DNA from: Adineta vaga
Taxonomy: Eukaryota; Animalia; Rotifera
Length of the DNA stretch: 64,000 nucleotides
Assembly: GCA_021613535.1 (NCBI GenBank)
Contig: CP075495.1
Coordinates: 15,500,001-15,564,000 of the forward strand
Reading direction: 5' to 3'
In this document: positions 49,991 through 63,431 of the stretch, one piece after another
How the letters are laid out: every line of letters starts with the position of its first letter
Numbering within the stretch: the first letter of the stretch is position 1
The notes under the pieces: model-generated
What the model was told of the DNA's origin: nothing
The model's input: the letters and a program-made list of their open reading frames with translations, nothing else
Database searches by the model: none
Position numbers and translations under genes: made by a program

Positions 49991-50838
49991 ATTTTGTTTT
50001 TTCTTTAACTATAAATCGAAAAAAATAATATGTAAAATAACAAATCAAATTTGAATACTAAAACATTAAGATTTTAAATGAAAATGTACTACTTTACTTT
50101 ACATCATATTTATCACGACATTATATGCTTTGATTTAGTAATAGTATATAATACAGAACGATTATTGCTATTTAAAAATGTAATTATCATCAATCAATAC
50201 ATTGATCATACACGTGGTTAATATAAAAATAGAAACAAATCTGATTAATATATCGATATTTGTTGTCGACAAATACATTATATCATGTTTTTTGTTTTAG
50301 AAATGTGTCAAAAGTTCAGCAATAACTTATATTGTAATTGTATTGAAGTATTTATATTAAATATTCTTAATTAAAATATGCATAGATGACTTTATGTGTC
50401 GATTATCTTCTTCGAAAATATTCAAATCTAAAATAATTGGATTGACTGTACGTCATTTCCGCGCACCCTCACTTTTTATTTCGATAGAGCTATTGCGCAG
50501 AAGTGTCGTTCCCGATATTTTATAGCTATAGAAAAATTATGAATGTTTTCTACTCGTATATAAGTGCAATATTGAATCAATATGAAGAAAAAAAACGTCG
50601 ACAATACTTTCATAGGTAAAACACACTCATGATAGTAGATCATAACACTTTTTCTTTTCCTCAAAAATGTCAAGAAAAATATTTTCATGCGGAAAGTGAA
50701 TCGAAATTTGAAAAATTTTCTCACAAAACATTTGAAATTGCTATGTAGTTATGAAGCAATAAATACGAGAAACAATTTCATTTCATATTTTCATTTTACC
50801 AAAGTGTGTTTTTCCATTGAACAACGCCATTTATAAGA

Positions 50839-51921
50839 ATGTCTGTTGACGAGTCGAATACTGATGAATGTTTACTTTCATCATATCGAATCAATCTTCG
50901 TCTTGTTCCATCAAAAATATTGATCGGTGCTGAACATTATCGAACAAAAAATGTTTATCGAACTGAAATTAATCAAGATACTATTAACAATATTACACAA
51001 GGACTCTGTGATAAATGTGAACAACTTTTTGATCTTCTTCAAGATTTAAATGATAACGAAGGAAAAACTGATACTGCAAATCTTCAACTTACAGAAGAAG
51101 AAACAAAACTTATAATAAATGTAACAATGACTGTTGTTTTTGGACGAACATCACGTGAATTTCAAATGAAATTTGAATTGGAAAGTGTTCAACTTGATGA
51201 TATTACTCGACTGGAAAGTATCATTCATGAACAAACTCAACAAATTGAACAATTAGCATGGACTCCACATGATCGTTTTGATCGTGCATCGAAATTAATT
51301 TCTCTTATTAAACAAGATTTTCATTTTCGTAATATTTCTTCTTCTGAACCTGCTGCTTTATCTGACAATGATCGAACAATGCGTTGTCCAACTTTTACAC
51401 ATCATCAACAGCATCAACACTATAGTCATAATACTGCATTTCGTCTTGCTACATCTAGTGAAACTGTAGAAACATCTACTGGTAAACAAGCAATTGTCAC
51501 AACTAATTATGGTTTTCTACCCAAGAGTAAACGTTATCAATTGGTACGATTTGAACTTCATTTTTCGGGTCCTATCAATGAAAAGGATACGTTTCAAGTT
51601 GGTCTTGTTAGTGAACCTGATACAAAACAATGGGATACATCTCCTCCTTCAACTGGAACTTGGACTTTTGATGTTTGTAATGGTTCAATTCAATATCCAT
51701 CTGGTGATACACGTCCTTATACTTGTTCGTTAAGAAAATTAGATAAAATTCGTTATGTAGATGTATTATTGGATACTCAACATCATTGTTTAGCTTTTCG
51801 CTTGGATGATTATACTGAAGATCATTGGGCTTTTTGTTTACCTAAACAAATACAAATCGATCAATTATATCCTTTTATTCTTCTACATAGTTTGAACATT
51901 TCAGTATCCATTGTTCAATAA
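50839..51921 (+). CDS. Hypothetical 360-aa protein: N-terminal head + short coiled coil + SPRY-like C-terminus
   Basis: Intact intronless ORF; FQVGLV...VDVLLDT....LAFRLD....WAF...LYPFILL resembles SPRY/B30.2. Confidence 0.65.
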   Translation: MSVDESNTDECLLSSYRINLRLVPSKILIGAEHYRTKNVYRTEINQDTINNITQGLCDKCEQLFDLLQDLNDNEGKTDTANLQLTEEETKLIINVTMTVVFGRTSREFQMKFELESVQLDDITRLESIIHEQTQQIEQLAWTPHDRFDRASKLISLIKQDFHFRNISSSEPAALSDNDRTMRCPTFTHHQQHQHYSHNTAFRLATSSETVETSTGKQAIVTTNYGFLPKSKRYQLVRFELHFSGPINEKDTFQVGLVSEPDTKQWDTSPPSTGTWTFDVCNGSIQYPSGDTRPYTCSLRKLDKIRYVDVLLDTQHHCLAFRLDDYTEDHWAFCLPKQIQIDQLYPFILLHSLNISVSIVQ

Positions 51922-52351
51922 ATAAACATGCATTTAATAGAGACGGAATTTTTTTTTCGCTTCTTTCGATAAATAAATTAATCAATAAGAAAAAGGTGCG
52001 GGTGTGAGTGTGGGCAAAGGAGGAAAATATCCAACCGCACCCTCAAGATCTCATATGTACACTTACGTTTGACAATAATAAACATGATTATTTTAACTTT
52101 CTGTGTTTTTTTGAGCTTCAGACTTTCGGGATTTTAGGTTTCGAAATATTTTTCAACATTTCATCATCATATCCCTTCACTTCTCTTCGTGAAAAAAAGC
52201 TGAATATAATAAAATCTTTTCTATCATAAAATATAGAGGGTGTGGGTGTGGGTGTGGGTATGCTTTCTTTATTCATCTTTACATACCCATGCATCTCTTT
52301 GTTTTACATGAAGAAAGACATATATTTCAGATAGATTCACCATTCCAAGCA

Positions 52352-52660
52352 ATGTCAGTATTTAAAAGCGATAAAGATACGCCTGTTTGGTCAACAGAAG
52401 AACAAGAACACTATTTTCGTGACCCTGTCATCCAACCACTCCTTCAAGAAGGTCCTACCTGTGTGTCTAATTGTCTGGCTATGCTCACCGGTAAGAGACC
52501 CGAAGATTTTCAAGGCAACATAAACACACAAGATCCTGTTTCGTGGTCAGCTGCTCTGAAACCATATGGAATGAAATTGGCCTATTGTCCCCACGATGCA
52601 CGCAAACTAAAATTCTACATTGAACAACTGATCGCCCTAGATGACCTATTCGCTCTCAGC
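52352..52660 (+). pseudogene. Papain-like (C39-like) peptidase gene truncated by transposon insertion
   Basis: LLQEGPTCVSNCLAML gives a QxxxxC nucleophile motif. The reading frame runs into the transposon TIR at 52661 and its continuation is not found after the right TIR. Confidence 0.55.
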
Positions 52661-53209
52661 CAAGGGGGAAAAAGCAGATCCAGGGTTCTTGGATTCTATG
52701 GATTCTGACGGATTCTATAGATTCTGACGGATCCTTCTAGCTCCTTATGGATTCTGCGACATAGCTGCAACTATATTTCAGTATTGGTAAATATGCTTCT
52801 GTAACTAAAGACTTTCAATGATATCTTATAGATGATTTGTCAGATGTAATAAAGGAGAAAAAAAGTTGTTTTGTGATGGTTTCTATTTCCCTACTTTTGA
52901 TTATATATACAGCAGTGTTTTCAAAGCAAAGCTTTTGAATCTTTACAATGTGATATGAATGCTACGAAAAGCTATATCAATTATCTGTATGATTCAAGAT
53001 AAAAAAATGGATATTATATACGTAGTGGCATGAAATAGGTTCAACAGATGTTTGGAGCAAAATCTTGTGAACATTGAATTGTATAAGATTCCCTTTATAA
53101 CTGTGTTGTCGTTTCATTAGAAATTGTACATAAAGTACAAAAGGAAGTTGAATTTTATTTTGGCTTTATTATTTGTATTTGTATCAAACCATAACATATC
53201 ATCATTCCA

Positions 53210-54193
53210 ATGCCAATTGATCTAAGTAAACTACCTGATGATGTCTTATCTTATACTAATGATCGTCTATATACATTTATCGAAGAAACTCTTGGTCTCG
53301 ACGAAATGATGGTGATTAAAATACAATCGATTAATAATGTTAGAGCATTAATGAATGTTCCAGATATCATGGCATTTTTTAGTTTTAATTCTAAAGAAAT
53401 AATTGCATTAAAGAAACGTGTTTGTTTTGTTGATGAAGACAATAACCTTTTTTTGGTCAAAGCAGGAATTAAAACAAATATTGAAAATTTAGTATCATCA
53501 CTCAGAAAAAAGAAGAACAAAGAAACAAAGCGAACAAAAAATCATAAACCATCATCAACATCGTTACAAACGTCAACCCAATCAAATAATGACCAGTCTA
53601 TTCTGTCCACGTCAAATGTTTCTGATTTAACTAGTATTAATTCACAATTAACACCACTAATTTCAACAACACCTAAAATTAATTCACCAAATTATTACAT
53701 CCAGAAGATTTGTGATAATATTGACAAATATTGTGTAAATACATTTAGGAGTATTACTCTAACAAATGATGTTGATTATAAAATTTTTATGAACATGTTG
53801 AATGCAAGTACTGATGGAACTATTACGTGTGGATGTAAGACAGATATTAAACTTATTTTTCGTTCAAAGTCGAATGCGTTTCGACTTTCTGCATATTTTA
53901 AGCATATAAAAAACAGTCGTTGTATCATGATGAAAAAGAAAAGACAAGGATTGAACAACGTTTCCAGCATTAACAAAAACTCACTGGACCTTGTCTCACA
54001 AGAGAACAACACTTCCACCACGAGCAATATTCAAGATGTTTCTGATGAAGAAATCGTAGACGATGAAGACAGAGGTTCTCAAATGGTGATTAATGATTCA
54101 ATAACAACGGCTTCAAATTCTTATGGAAAAAAACGATCGTTACCATCTCGATCAGCATCCAGTATCACGAAAAAAAACAAATTATCATTCTGA
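53210..54193 (+). CDS. Transposon accessory protein sharing its N-terminal domain with the transposase
   Basis: Intact 327-aa ORF. Residues ~7-97 align with the transposase N-terminus; it also has a CGC...H....C cluster and a basic C-terminal NLS-like tail. Confidence 0.8.
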   Translation: MPIDLSKLPDDVLSYTNDRLYTFIEETLGLDEMMVIKIQSINNVRALMNVPDIMAFFSFNSKEIIALKKRVCFVDEDNNLFLVKAGIKTNIENLVSSLRKKKNKETKRTKNHKPSSTSLQTSTQSNNDQSILSTSNVSDLTSINSQLTPLISTTPKINSPNYYIQKICDNIDKYCVNTFRSITLTNDVDYKIFMNMLNASTDGTITCGCKTDIKLIFRSKSNAFRLSAYFKHIKNSRCIMMKKKRQGLNNVSSINKNSLDLVSQENNTSTTSNIQDVSDEEIVDDEDRGSQMVINDSITTASNSYGKKRSLPSRSASSITKKNKLSF

Positions 54194-54477
54194 ATAATCT
54201 AACTTTATGTTTTAATTACTTCTATATTTGTATTATTTGTTTATTCATTCTTTCTATAATAATCTTTTATGACAGTTGGGATATTTTTTTATATGGAACC
54301 TTTATCTAAATATTTAATTGTATTCTTTTTCTTTCACTTATTCTGATACACGGTCATTAGGAAATCAGTAAATATAGTTGTATTTATTAAAACACTTATT
54401 CAAATGAACATAAATGGAATTTTGAAAACGAATCAAATTGAATATCACCTTTTTCTAGACAAATCTAAAAAAACTTT

Positions 54478-57368
54478 ATGAATTCGGAACAGAGTGATTC
54501 ATCATCAGCACTTCCTGGTGATCTTTGGTCATATTCTGATGATGCCTTTTATAGTTTTGTGAAAACTTTTGTTGGTGAAATTGAAGGAGAGATTTTGAAA
54601 ATACAATGCATAAAGAATGTACGCATTTTATTACAAGTACCGGACGTCTTTTCATTTTTTCAATTAAATTGTAAAGAGACAGCGGATTTAAAAAAGAAGG
54701 CTTGTTTTTTTGATGATGATATGAAATTTATGGTACGTCCAGGGATTAAATCTAATATTGAAGAATTTATTGATTTATTAAAACGTCATTTTGAAGTGAA
54801 ATTAATTAAGAACAATATTATTTTATCTAATGCAACAATGTCGACTGAACACAATAACATCGGTCAATGTGCGTGTGGTTTGACAAATTTCGATATAGAA
54901 AATGATAGATATGAATCAAAACCATTTATTAATATTTTTCTTAATAATCTTCTAAAGAACATCAAACGACCGAAAAATAACTTTCAATTTAATGATATCA
55001 TTAAGAAATTTGCATCGGTATTGAAAATATTAGCTGGTAATAATGCTTATGAATTTATCAGGATTAATCTTCCTGGGACTTTTCCATCTAATACAACATT
55101 GGAAAATTATGATGGAAACATAAATTTTGAATTAAAGGAATGTGAATTCCGCTTTGATATGTTGAAAGATTATTTAAAATCGATAAAATCCGATTATGTT
55201 TTTTCGGTAAGTAATTCCTAAATGTAAAAGATAAAATAGACCAGATTCATATAGAAAGATTTGTGAGCATTGGGGAAAACTTCGTGTATAAGAGAAAGTC
55301 AATGAAAGAAAAGAAAAATTTCTAAACATTCATTTAGATCAAATTCATATGATCTGCAGATATCATTCTCAAGTATCAGTCGATATAAGTGTACTCAATT
55401 GTATTTCATCTGACATATATAAAATAATTATAAATATAGATCCAATTCTATTTTTACTGTCACATAACTAGCGTCATATTTACTATATCTTTTTTACTTT
55501 AGTCTGAAGATGCGACTGGTGTAGTTAGCCTCGGTGTCTTATGATACTGTTAATGATTGTTTTATTGGTTTTACATCACCGTTAAACAATGGTTTACCTG
55601 CTAGTAACCGGTTCAAAACCAACAATTATAATGAACTTGAACAATGGTTCGAAAGCATTGATAAATCCACGTTAGTTAATGTTCATTTAATTGAACCATT
55701 GTTAACAGATATATCATCCTTGGTACATTCGAGACCATACATTTTGAGCGGTTATGGTACCAACAATAAACATTCTGCATATGATACTTTACATAGATGG
55801 ATTTATGTTTATAATCAATGCAAACAACGGAATATTAATGTAGTTGGTTTTTCGACGGACTGTGACTCACGTTATTTCAAGACGATGAGACTGGCATTAG
55901 GTTTCTTTTCTCGAGCACCTAATGTTGATTTATTAACAGGGAATAATGATGTATTTGTTATTGATATACCATCGAATTGGAAATTTTTCTTTATGAGACC
56001 TCAACAACTGTTCTTTTGTATGCAAGATGGAACACATTTAGTGACCAAGATTCGAAATCGTTTGTTATCAGATATTGCCAATTTGTATATTAATGATGAT
56101 CATATTGATATAAACCATTTACTTGAATTAATTGAAAATCATCCAAAACTAGATCATAATTTAGTACAATCTGATATAATTCCACATGACAAGCAGAACT
56201 ATAATTCTTGCTTGAAAATTACGTCAGATGACGTATTGAATTTGTTACGACAAACGAATCACAAAGCCACATACATTTACTTGTATTTATTGAAATTAAT
56301 TATCCTTGCTTATGTTAAATCGGACACTGAAATTCTTACTCGATTGTACTTTGGTTGGGTTGTTGCTTTTGCATATCGAATTTGGTGGTAATAGATAAAA
56401 ATTTATTAAGTTGATCACCTTAAAATTGTTTTTTTAGGTCTAGTATTCGAATAAATAGAAACTTATCTCAAACCGAAAAAGATAATTCATTTATTACAAG
56501 AGCAGCCTGGCTTTCGGCTGAAATAAATATCCATACTCTGACCTTTATCATTATATTAGTATGTAAAGGACGTTTACCACTGTACGCCCTCAATATCCAC
56601 CTTTTTAGCAGTCAACCATGTGAATCTACATTCAGAAGTGCTAGATCTCTCTCTGGCTCTCTTTCATCGATTACAACATTCTCAATTTCTCAATTTATGA
56701 ATAAGATAGGAAAAATTTCTCTTTTAAATCAGATGAAATCAACAGAAGAATCAAATAACGAAGAACATTCTTTGAAATTTCCAAGACATAACAAGCACCC
56801 TCGTGATGAATCTGATGTACCTGTATATGCTCAAAATGTATCAGCAGTTACTATAAAAGATATCGAGGAAATAATAATGAAAGCTTATCAAAAAGCAGAG
56901 TCAATAATGAATAACTTTGAATTAATTAAAATTTTGAAAGAATCAAATTTAGATGATGTTTATAAACTTAGTTCATTTATTTTTCACGAACTTAACAAAA
57001 AATCACCTGTTGATCATTCAGTTATTAACAATTATGATTATGATAATTATGATAGTTTAGATGATGATGATGAAGATAATGTTACCAATAAATCTTATGA
57101 TGTTGCATTAGCTGAATGCGATGAAGATTCATCAGATGAACATGAAGAAGAAGTATGCGATCTTGAAACATCAAAACAAACATTTCGTGGAATGAAAATT
57201 TATTCAAATATGAAGTCAACGAAAATTAATAATTATTTCAAAATTCGAATTAATGATAAATATTATTATATGCACAAACAAACCGCAGCACGTCTTTTGA
57301 CAATCAATAAAAATCATTTGTCATCTGATAGACGCTTTCGAGTCAAACAGACGAGTAGACAACGTTAA
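54478..57368 (+). CDS. P-element/THAP9-like transposase, 3 exons, with a +1 frameshift at ~55530
   Basis: Exons 54478-55206, 55503-56387, 56438-57368. Motifs AYEFIRINLPG.FPS, SEDATG, STDCDSRY, QDGTHLVTKIRNRLL, DKQNY, SSQPCESTFRSARS. An extra C at 55530 shifts EDATGVVS out of frame with SVSYD. Confidence 0.82.
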
Positions 57369-57705
57369 CGTTTTTTTGCTATTTCTTCACGTATCGCATT
57401 CAAATAAAAATGAACAAATGATTTAGTTATTTAGAAAAATCTTTACAAGAATCGAGCTATTTTTAATCATTTACGCACCAACGTCAACCATTCAAGGGAT
57501 TTCCTAACATGTAAACATTATATCGACCAGTACTGATGTATTTCTATGAGGCATTTTAAATTCTTCTGAATTTTTTTTGGATTCTTTCGGATTCTCTTGG
57601 GTTCTGACGGATTTTTACGGATTCTATGGATTTTTCTGGATTCTGTGGATTCTTTCGGATTCCTTTGGATCCTAGAATCCAGAAGAATCCGCTTTTTCCC
57701 CCTTG

Positions 57706-60461
57706 CATACATGTGTTCAAAAGTTTTCTTCTGGAACAAAAAAACGATCTTCTTCTGAAAGTGGAACTAGTCATCAAATGAAATTGGAAACAATTACACA
57801 ATCTTATAAAGATGTTCGTTTACCAGGAAAACCAATCAATTTAATCAAAGATTTAACATGTAAATGGGTATGTCAAGATATGAGACCGTTTTCAATTGTA
57901 GAAGATATCGGGTTAGAAAACTTATTACAAGAATTCATCAATATAGTTAATCATATTTTAATTATGTTTTTTCTTGATACTGACGACCTTTTAAAATTTT
58001 AAGGTGTTACATATGGAAAAATTAATGTAAAAAATGTCTTTCGTGGTGCTGATGTAGTTGCAAAACAAATTTACAAACTAGCTGATGATTATCGTGCTGA
58101 ATTACGTGCATTATTGAAAGAACCGTATGAAAACAAATGTATTTGTGTTAGTCCTGATATGTGGTCTGATCCATATAAACAAGTTTCATATATGGGAATA
58201 TCAATTTCATTTACCGATAAAAATTTTATTGATAAATCGGTTGATATATGTTGTCGACCATATCTACAACAAGATCATACCGGTTCAAACATTCTTTTGG
58301 TGAGAAGAACATTTTTCTCTTTTTTTAACCATCAACGTAAGAAAAACGTTAAAATGATTTTTATCGTTGATCAAAAACTATCAAACATAACGATACGCAG
58401 CTTTTCACTCATCCTAATTCTACTTTATTATATCTCGTTTTGTTTTCTTCAGTCTATTCAGCAATGCTTAGAACCATTTGGTTTAATTGATTTCGATAAA
58501 TTAACATTTGTATCGGATCGTGGACCTAACTTAGTCTGTGCTTTACGTCGTTATAATACATTATTTTATTATCCACATCGTCTAAACAACATTTTAAAAT
58601 GCTCTTTTTTTCAAACAGAACGTAAAGAGAAAAAGAAAAAGGACATATCTTCAGAAATACAAAGTAAAAACTTCACTGGAAACATCACATCAAATAATAC
58701 AATTAATTCATCTTCAACTTCTTCTTCTGATGATGACGATGATGTAGAAAAAACTCAACCACTTCTTCCAATCAAATATAAAAAAAACAACAGAAATGGA
58801 TTATAAATATCAAAATCTGCTACTGATCCAAGGAAGATGAAGTCGAAAGATTTACATCCATCTGCTCAACAAATCATTAATACAATTACACGATGTAAAA
58901 ATTTAGTTCGATATGTAAAAAAAGTAAGATAATGTGTTTTATGTACAAATTTCTAAATCAGCAAATATAAAAAGATAATCACAATATATTAACTGGAAAA
59001 TCATCATTAAGTATTTCTTGTTTGTTTAGAGCGGTTGTAACAAAGATATTCAATCAAATGGTGGTGTTGCTTTACAGCAATCGACTGTGGTTCGTTGGCT
59101 ATCTTTAATCAATCTACTTGAAAGTATCGTACGTTCTTACAAAGCAACTAAACGAGTTTTAATTAATCGTAAACAGAATTCAAAGTTAAATGGAATCGAT
59201 GTTGAAACGCTGACAGAATTAATTCGTTTATTAAAACCCTTCAAACATATTTTGAAGATAGTTCAAACCACAAATACTCCTTCATTATATATGGTGCTCA
59301 TTTGTACTCTTATGTTAAGAAAGACTTTAGATTCATTTGACGAATTATTAGAATTTCATCAATCTGAACCATCAACAAATGATTTAGTTCATGGTGAAAA
59401 TAGTAATCCTCATGCAGCAGAAGATATTGTTGAAAGTGAAGGTAAAATTTATCTTAAATTTGAAGAAAATTTTCAAACATTATTTTCATTTATACTAGGA
59501 ATACAAATTCTTCGGTTACGAATATTGGAATTATTCAACATGATGTTCGAGCTAGACGTTCGTCATTATGCTTCGACATTACTTCATCCTAGATATCGTA
59601 AACTTAAAGATTGTACAAAAACTGAACGTGAGCAAACGTATTCGTATATTCGTAAATGTATGAAAGAAATAGAAAAAGAAGATAAAAAGAAGCAACAACA
59701 AGATTGTGAACCACCACAAAAGAAGAAAAAACTCGCACGATCATTTCTTCAACAATTTGAAGACGATAGTGATTACGAACAATCAATTGATGAAGATGAT
59801 GTTGATGAAAACGATGATTTTTCAAAGAATCTACCAAAAGTAGATGAATTAGCACGTTATGCAGCTATGGAAATTGATAAATCAACATTAACAAATAATC
59901 CTCTTGATTTTTGGAGAATGAATCAAAATGATTTTCCACTTTTATCAAGAGTCGCTAGACAATTACACAGTGTTCCAGCGTCTTCTGCCGCGGTTGAACG
60001 TCAGTTCAGTGGTGCTGGTCTTGTTATCAATGAACGTCGAACTTCCTTACATCCAGATCAAGTTGACAACATCCTTTTTATTCGTTCAATGCAAAAGATG
60101 AAACTTGCTGAATAATCTATGGTATTATTTATTTTTTTATGTATTTATTAATGTAAAGATGTTCTTAACACAAAGTAACATGTTCATTTATGACTCTAGT
60201 GTATTCTATTCTTTTTTTTATACTCATATAAATGATGATAGGTATTGCTGAGAATTATAATAAAGCTAAGAAATATGATACGCAATTCTTAACAGCTTAA
60301 TACTATGAGTAAAACAGATGATAATGTGAAGAATTTGTTCTTAATACGATATATATAACCTGTACACAAAGTCATGGGATGGGATGGGACGAAATTTTTT
60401 TGTCCCATCCCATCCCATGGGACGACTTTTTTCGTTCCATCCCATCCCACGCGGAGCCCTG
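57706..60461 (+). mobile_element. 5'-truncated hAT transposon with degenerate intron-containing transposase (stop at 60115)
   Basis: DMRPFSIVED, SPDMWSD, VSDRGPN, VRWLS and the dimerisation domain PLDFWR..FPLLSRVARQLHSVPASSAAVERQFS. Right end ...cggagccctg (60461) with GGGAT/ATCCC subterminal repeats. CxxH reads YYPH, and the first splice donor is out of phase. Confidence 0.88.
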
Positions 60462-60951
60462 TTTCAAACATTTTCATATAAATGTAGTTATCCTAAAAGA
60501 TTATATCGCATGAATAAAACTATGAGTCTTCTATATATATTTCGATAGATTATCTTGATGAAATGATGAAAATATCTTCTCTTTAAACAATACCTTGTTT
60601 ATCAACAAACCTTTTTACTTTGCTGTCATCAGAAGAATATATCGATATACAAATTCTTCTTCATCAGCGAGCTCAGATGTACCTAAAACTAGAAATTGCG
60701 TCTTATATGTACAGTAGTACTGACATTTCTAGACATTCTTCTGTTCTCTTTTCTTCTTTGACATTTTACCTGGGAAATTCCCATGCTGTTTCTTACCAAA
60801 TATCTATCAAAAAGTAAGATAATGTTTAGAGAAAAATATTCTCATTATTCCATCAAGGTAATCTATCGAAATATATATAGAAGACTTATATAGTTTTATT
60901 CATGCGATATAATCTTTTAGAATAACCACATTTATATGAATATGTTTGAAA
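60462..60951. mobile_element. MITE-like element with ~100-bp inverted repeats
   Basis: 60462-60560 (tttcaaacat...gattatcttgatg) pairs with 60851-60951 (catcaaggtaatc...atgtttgaaa). Confidence 0.8.
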
Positions 60952-62055
60952 TACAAACAAACTGTCTATTATATGGTATAATACTATTATTAGTATTATC
61001 ATTTTCGAGACAAATAAATGGTCAATTGGTCGATAATTATGGTAAGTTCAAGTATTGATTATTTAAAAATGACTCAAGATTTTTAATATTGTACTCCATA
61101 AAACCTTTTTTCTGTATTACTCCAAATCTTAAAATATTTGACACCGAATATATGATTTTTGGTAAGATTACTAAATTATAGATTATCGTACTTTGGATAA
61201 GTCTACGGAAAGATATATGTAAACTAGAAATATAAAATAGATTCTTGTTTTAAACTACTATGAACAAACTTTCATTTATAATGACCAACTATCGTGTCAA
61301 TACAATGCCAAATTCTTCGAAATATATATTTTTATATTTTACTCGGGTAATTTTTATTGATTAAATAATTTATCGTAAATATATATATGAAACTGCTTCT
61401 CTCTGATTGTAATGTTCTGAGTATACTGATGATCATCGAAATGAAATCAAAACTTGAGAAAACAGATGATTTCTACTTGTGCATTATGTATTTGTGCTTC
61501 GATATATACTACAAAATATTAGTTACTATTATTTTTTAAATAGTAATATACATAAGCAAGATAGAATTTCTGTTTTACGTAGAAGCTTCAGAATATAGAA
61601 TAAAAACAATCTTCGCCAACTTTTCACCTTCTGTCAATGTCTTCATATAATATCTTTGAAAAACATACCAAACTGGTCGTCTCACAGTTATTCATCTACG
61701 TCGTTTTCGTTAGCTACTCTAGACTGCCTATTCAGAATCACACAACTTATACGACACTTCAGATATTAAACTATACAGCTGGCTAATTTTTCAGTCATCT
61801 ATATTGCATCTGATTGCTCATGAACCTTCAGTGACGCATATAGTACAGTATTTTCTAATATTTCATCAGTGACTCCGAGATAAATATACACACATATAAA
61901 ATATTTTTCACACGATCCTCTCTTCAGTCGATGTATTCATAAAAAGTGGTTGGATTCCATAGTTTCAACATGCAAAGCATATGCAGACATGAAAACTTGT
62001 CTAATGCATTAAATTTTGCGATATTAAATATTTTCGTTTTCATAATTTTCTTAAG

Positions 62056-63431
62056 ATGCAGTGACTGGCACAGTCTTTCACAATATTGAAAACGGTACAA
62101 TCAATTCGACTACGATCGAGTTTACCGAGATCAAGTCCAATAGCGACAGAGTCAACAACGAGAGATTACACTTGTCTGTCGCCATATGGTCCAATAAAGA
62201 AACGGAGAAAAACATATCAATAGAGCAAGAGAAACCTGAGACACAAACAAATCAGACGTCTACCAGTAATACATCACATGTTCCCATTACTACGACAAGA
62301 AGTCCAGCAACACCAATAACAACGACTTCCATACTTGATAGAACACCAACTTCGAGTTCTACAAGTAAATCAAGTCGAGTTAACCATACGTTACTAAATG
62401 GTATTCTTTACGAAGGAAACTTAATCAATGGGAAAAGACAAGGTTTTGGCATAAGTTATCATCCTGATAAAACTGTTCATACAGGTATTTATTTCAATGA
62501 TAAAAGATCTGGTTCTGGATCAATGATTTGGCCTGATGGAAAGAAATATGAGGGTGAATGGATCTATGATAAAATGACAGGTGAAGGTACAATGACATGG
62601 CCTGATGGTAGTAAATACACTGGTAATTTTGTTGAAGGAAAACAAAATGGAAATGGTAGTTATAATTATACAGATGGTAGACTATATAGTGGTAGTTGGA
62701 AGAATGACAAAAGATCAGGTCATGGTGTGATGATATGGCCTGATGGAGGACGATACGAAGGTGATTGGTTTAATGGACAACGTAGTGGGAATGGTACGAA
62801 TATGTATATCGATGGTAGAATATACAATGGTGGATGGATCAATGATAGTAGATCAGGTTATGGTATGATGACATGGTCTGAGGGTGATATATATGTGGGC
62901 ACTTGGAGTAATGGCAAGAGACATGGATTGGGTACAATATATAATACTGACGGTAGGAATTACACTGGTGGTTGGGTGAATGATAGTAGGTCGGGTGAAG
63001 GTGTGATGGTTACGCCAAATGGCGATAAATATAATGGTGATTGGCTCAACGGTAAAAGATCGGGTCGCGGAATTTTCAGTTGGGCCGATGGAGATCAGTA
63101 TGATGGTAATTGGGTTGAAGGTCAAAGAAATGGTTCAGGTACAATGCAGTATATTGATGGAAGAAGATATGCAGGCAACTGGATCAATAATTGGCGATCA
63201 GGTCATGGCGTGATGACTTGGCCAGGTGGTGATCGATACGAAGGGGAATGGCTCAACGGCAGAAAGCATGGCTCAGGCAAGATACAATATGTCGACGGCA
63301 GAAACTATACTGGTGGCTGGATGAATGATAAGAAATCAGGTGAAGGTGTTATGACTTGGCCAAGTGGAAGAAGTTGTATTAGCAATTGGACAAATGATAG
63401 AGCAAGTTGTGAAGATGGCAAACGTGAGTAG
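62056..63431 (+). CDS. MORN-repeat protein (last exon) with Ser/Thr-rich stalk
   Basis: About 14-15 tandem 23-aa YxGxWxNxKRxGxGxMxWxDG units preceded by a T/S/P-rich region. Probable acceptor ttaag| near 62055; upstream exons unresolved. Confidence 0.88.

Larger units (their letters stand above)
52661..57705 (+). mobile_element. P-element-superfamily-like DNA transposon, ~5 kb, two genes
   Basis: TIR CAAGGGGGAAAAAGC(A/G)GAT at 52661 and its reverse complement ending at 57705. GGATTCT subterminal arrays at both ends. It encodes a DDE transposase and an accessory ORF. Confidence 0.88.

Noticed and set aside
57560-57690. GGATTCT-type short repeats (also 52680-52755) as a possible CRISPR or satellite array
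   Set aside because: Units are 9-10 bp with no unique spacers; they are transposon subterminal repeats in a eukaryote.
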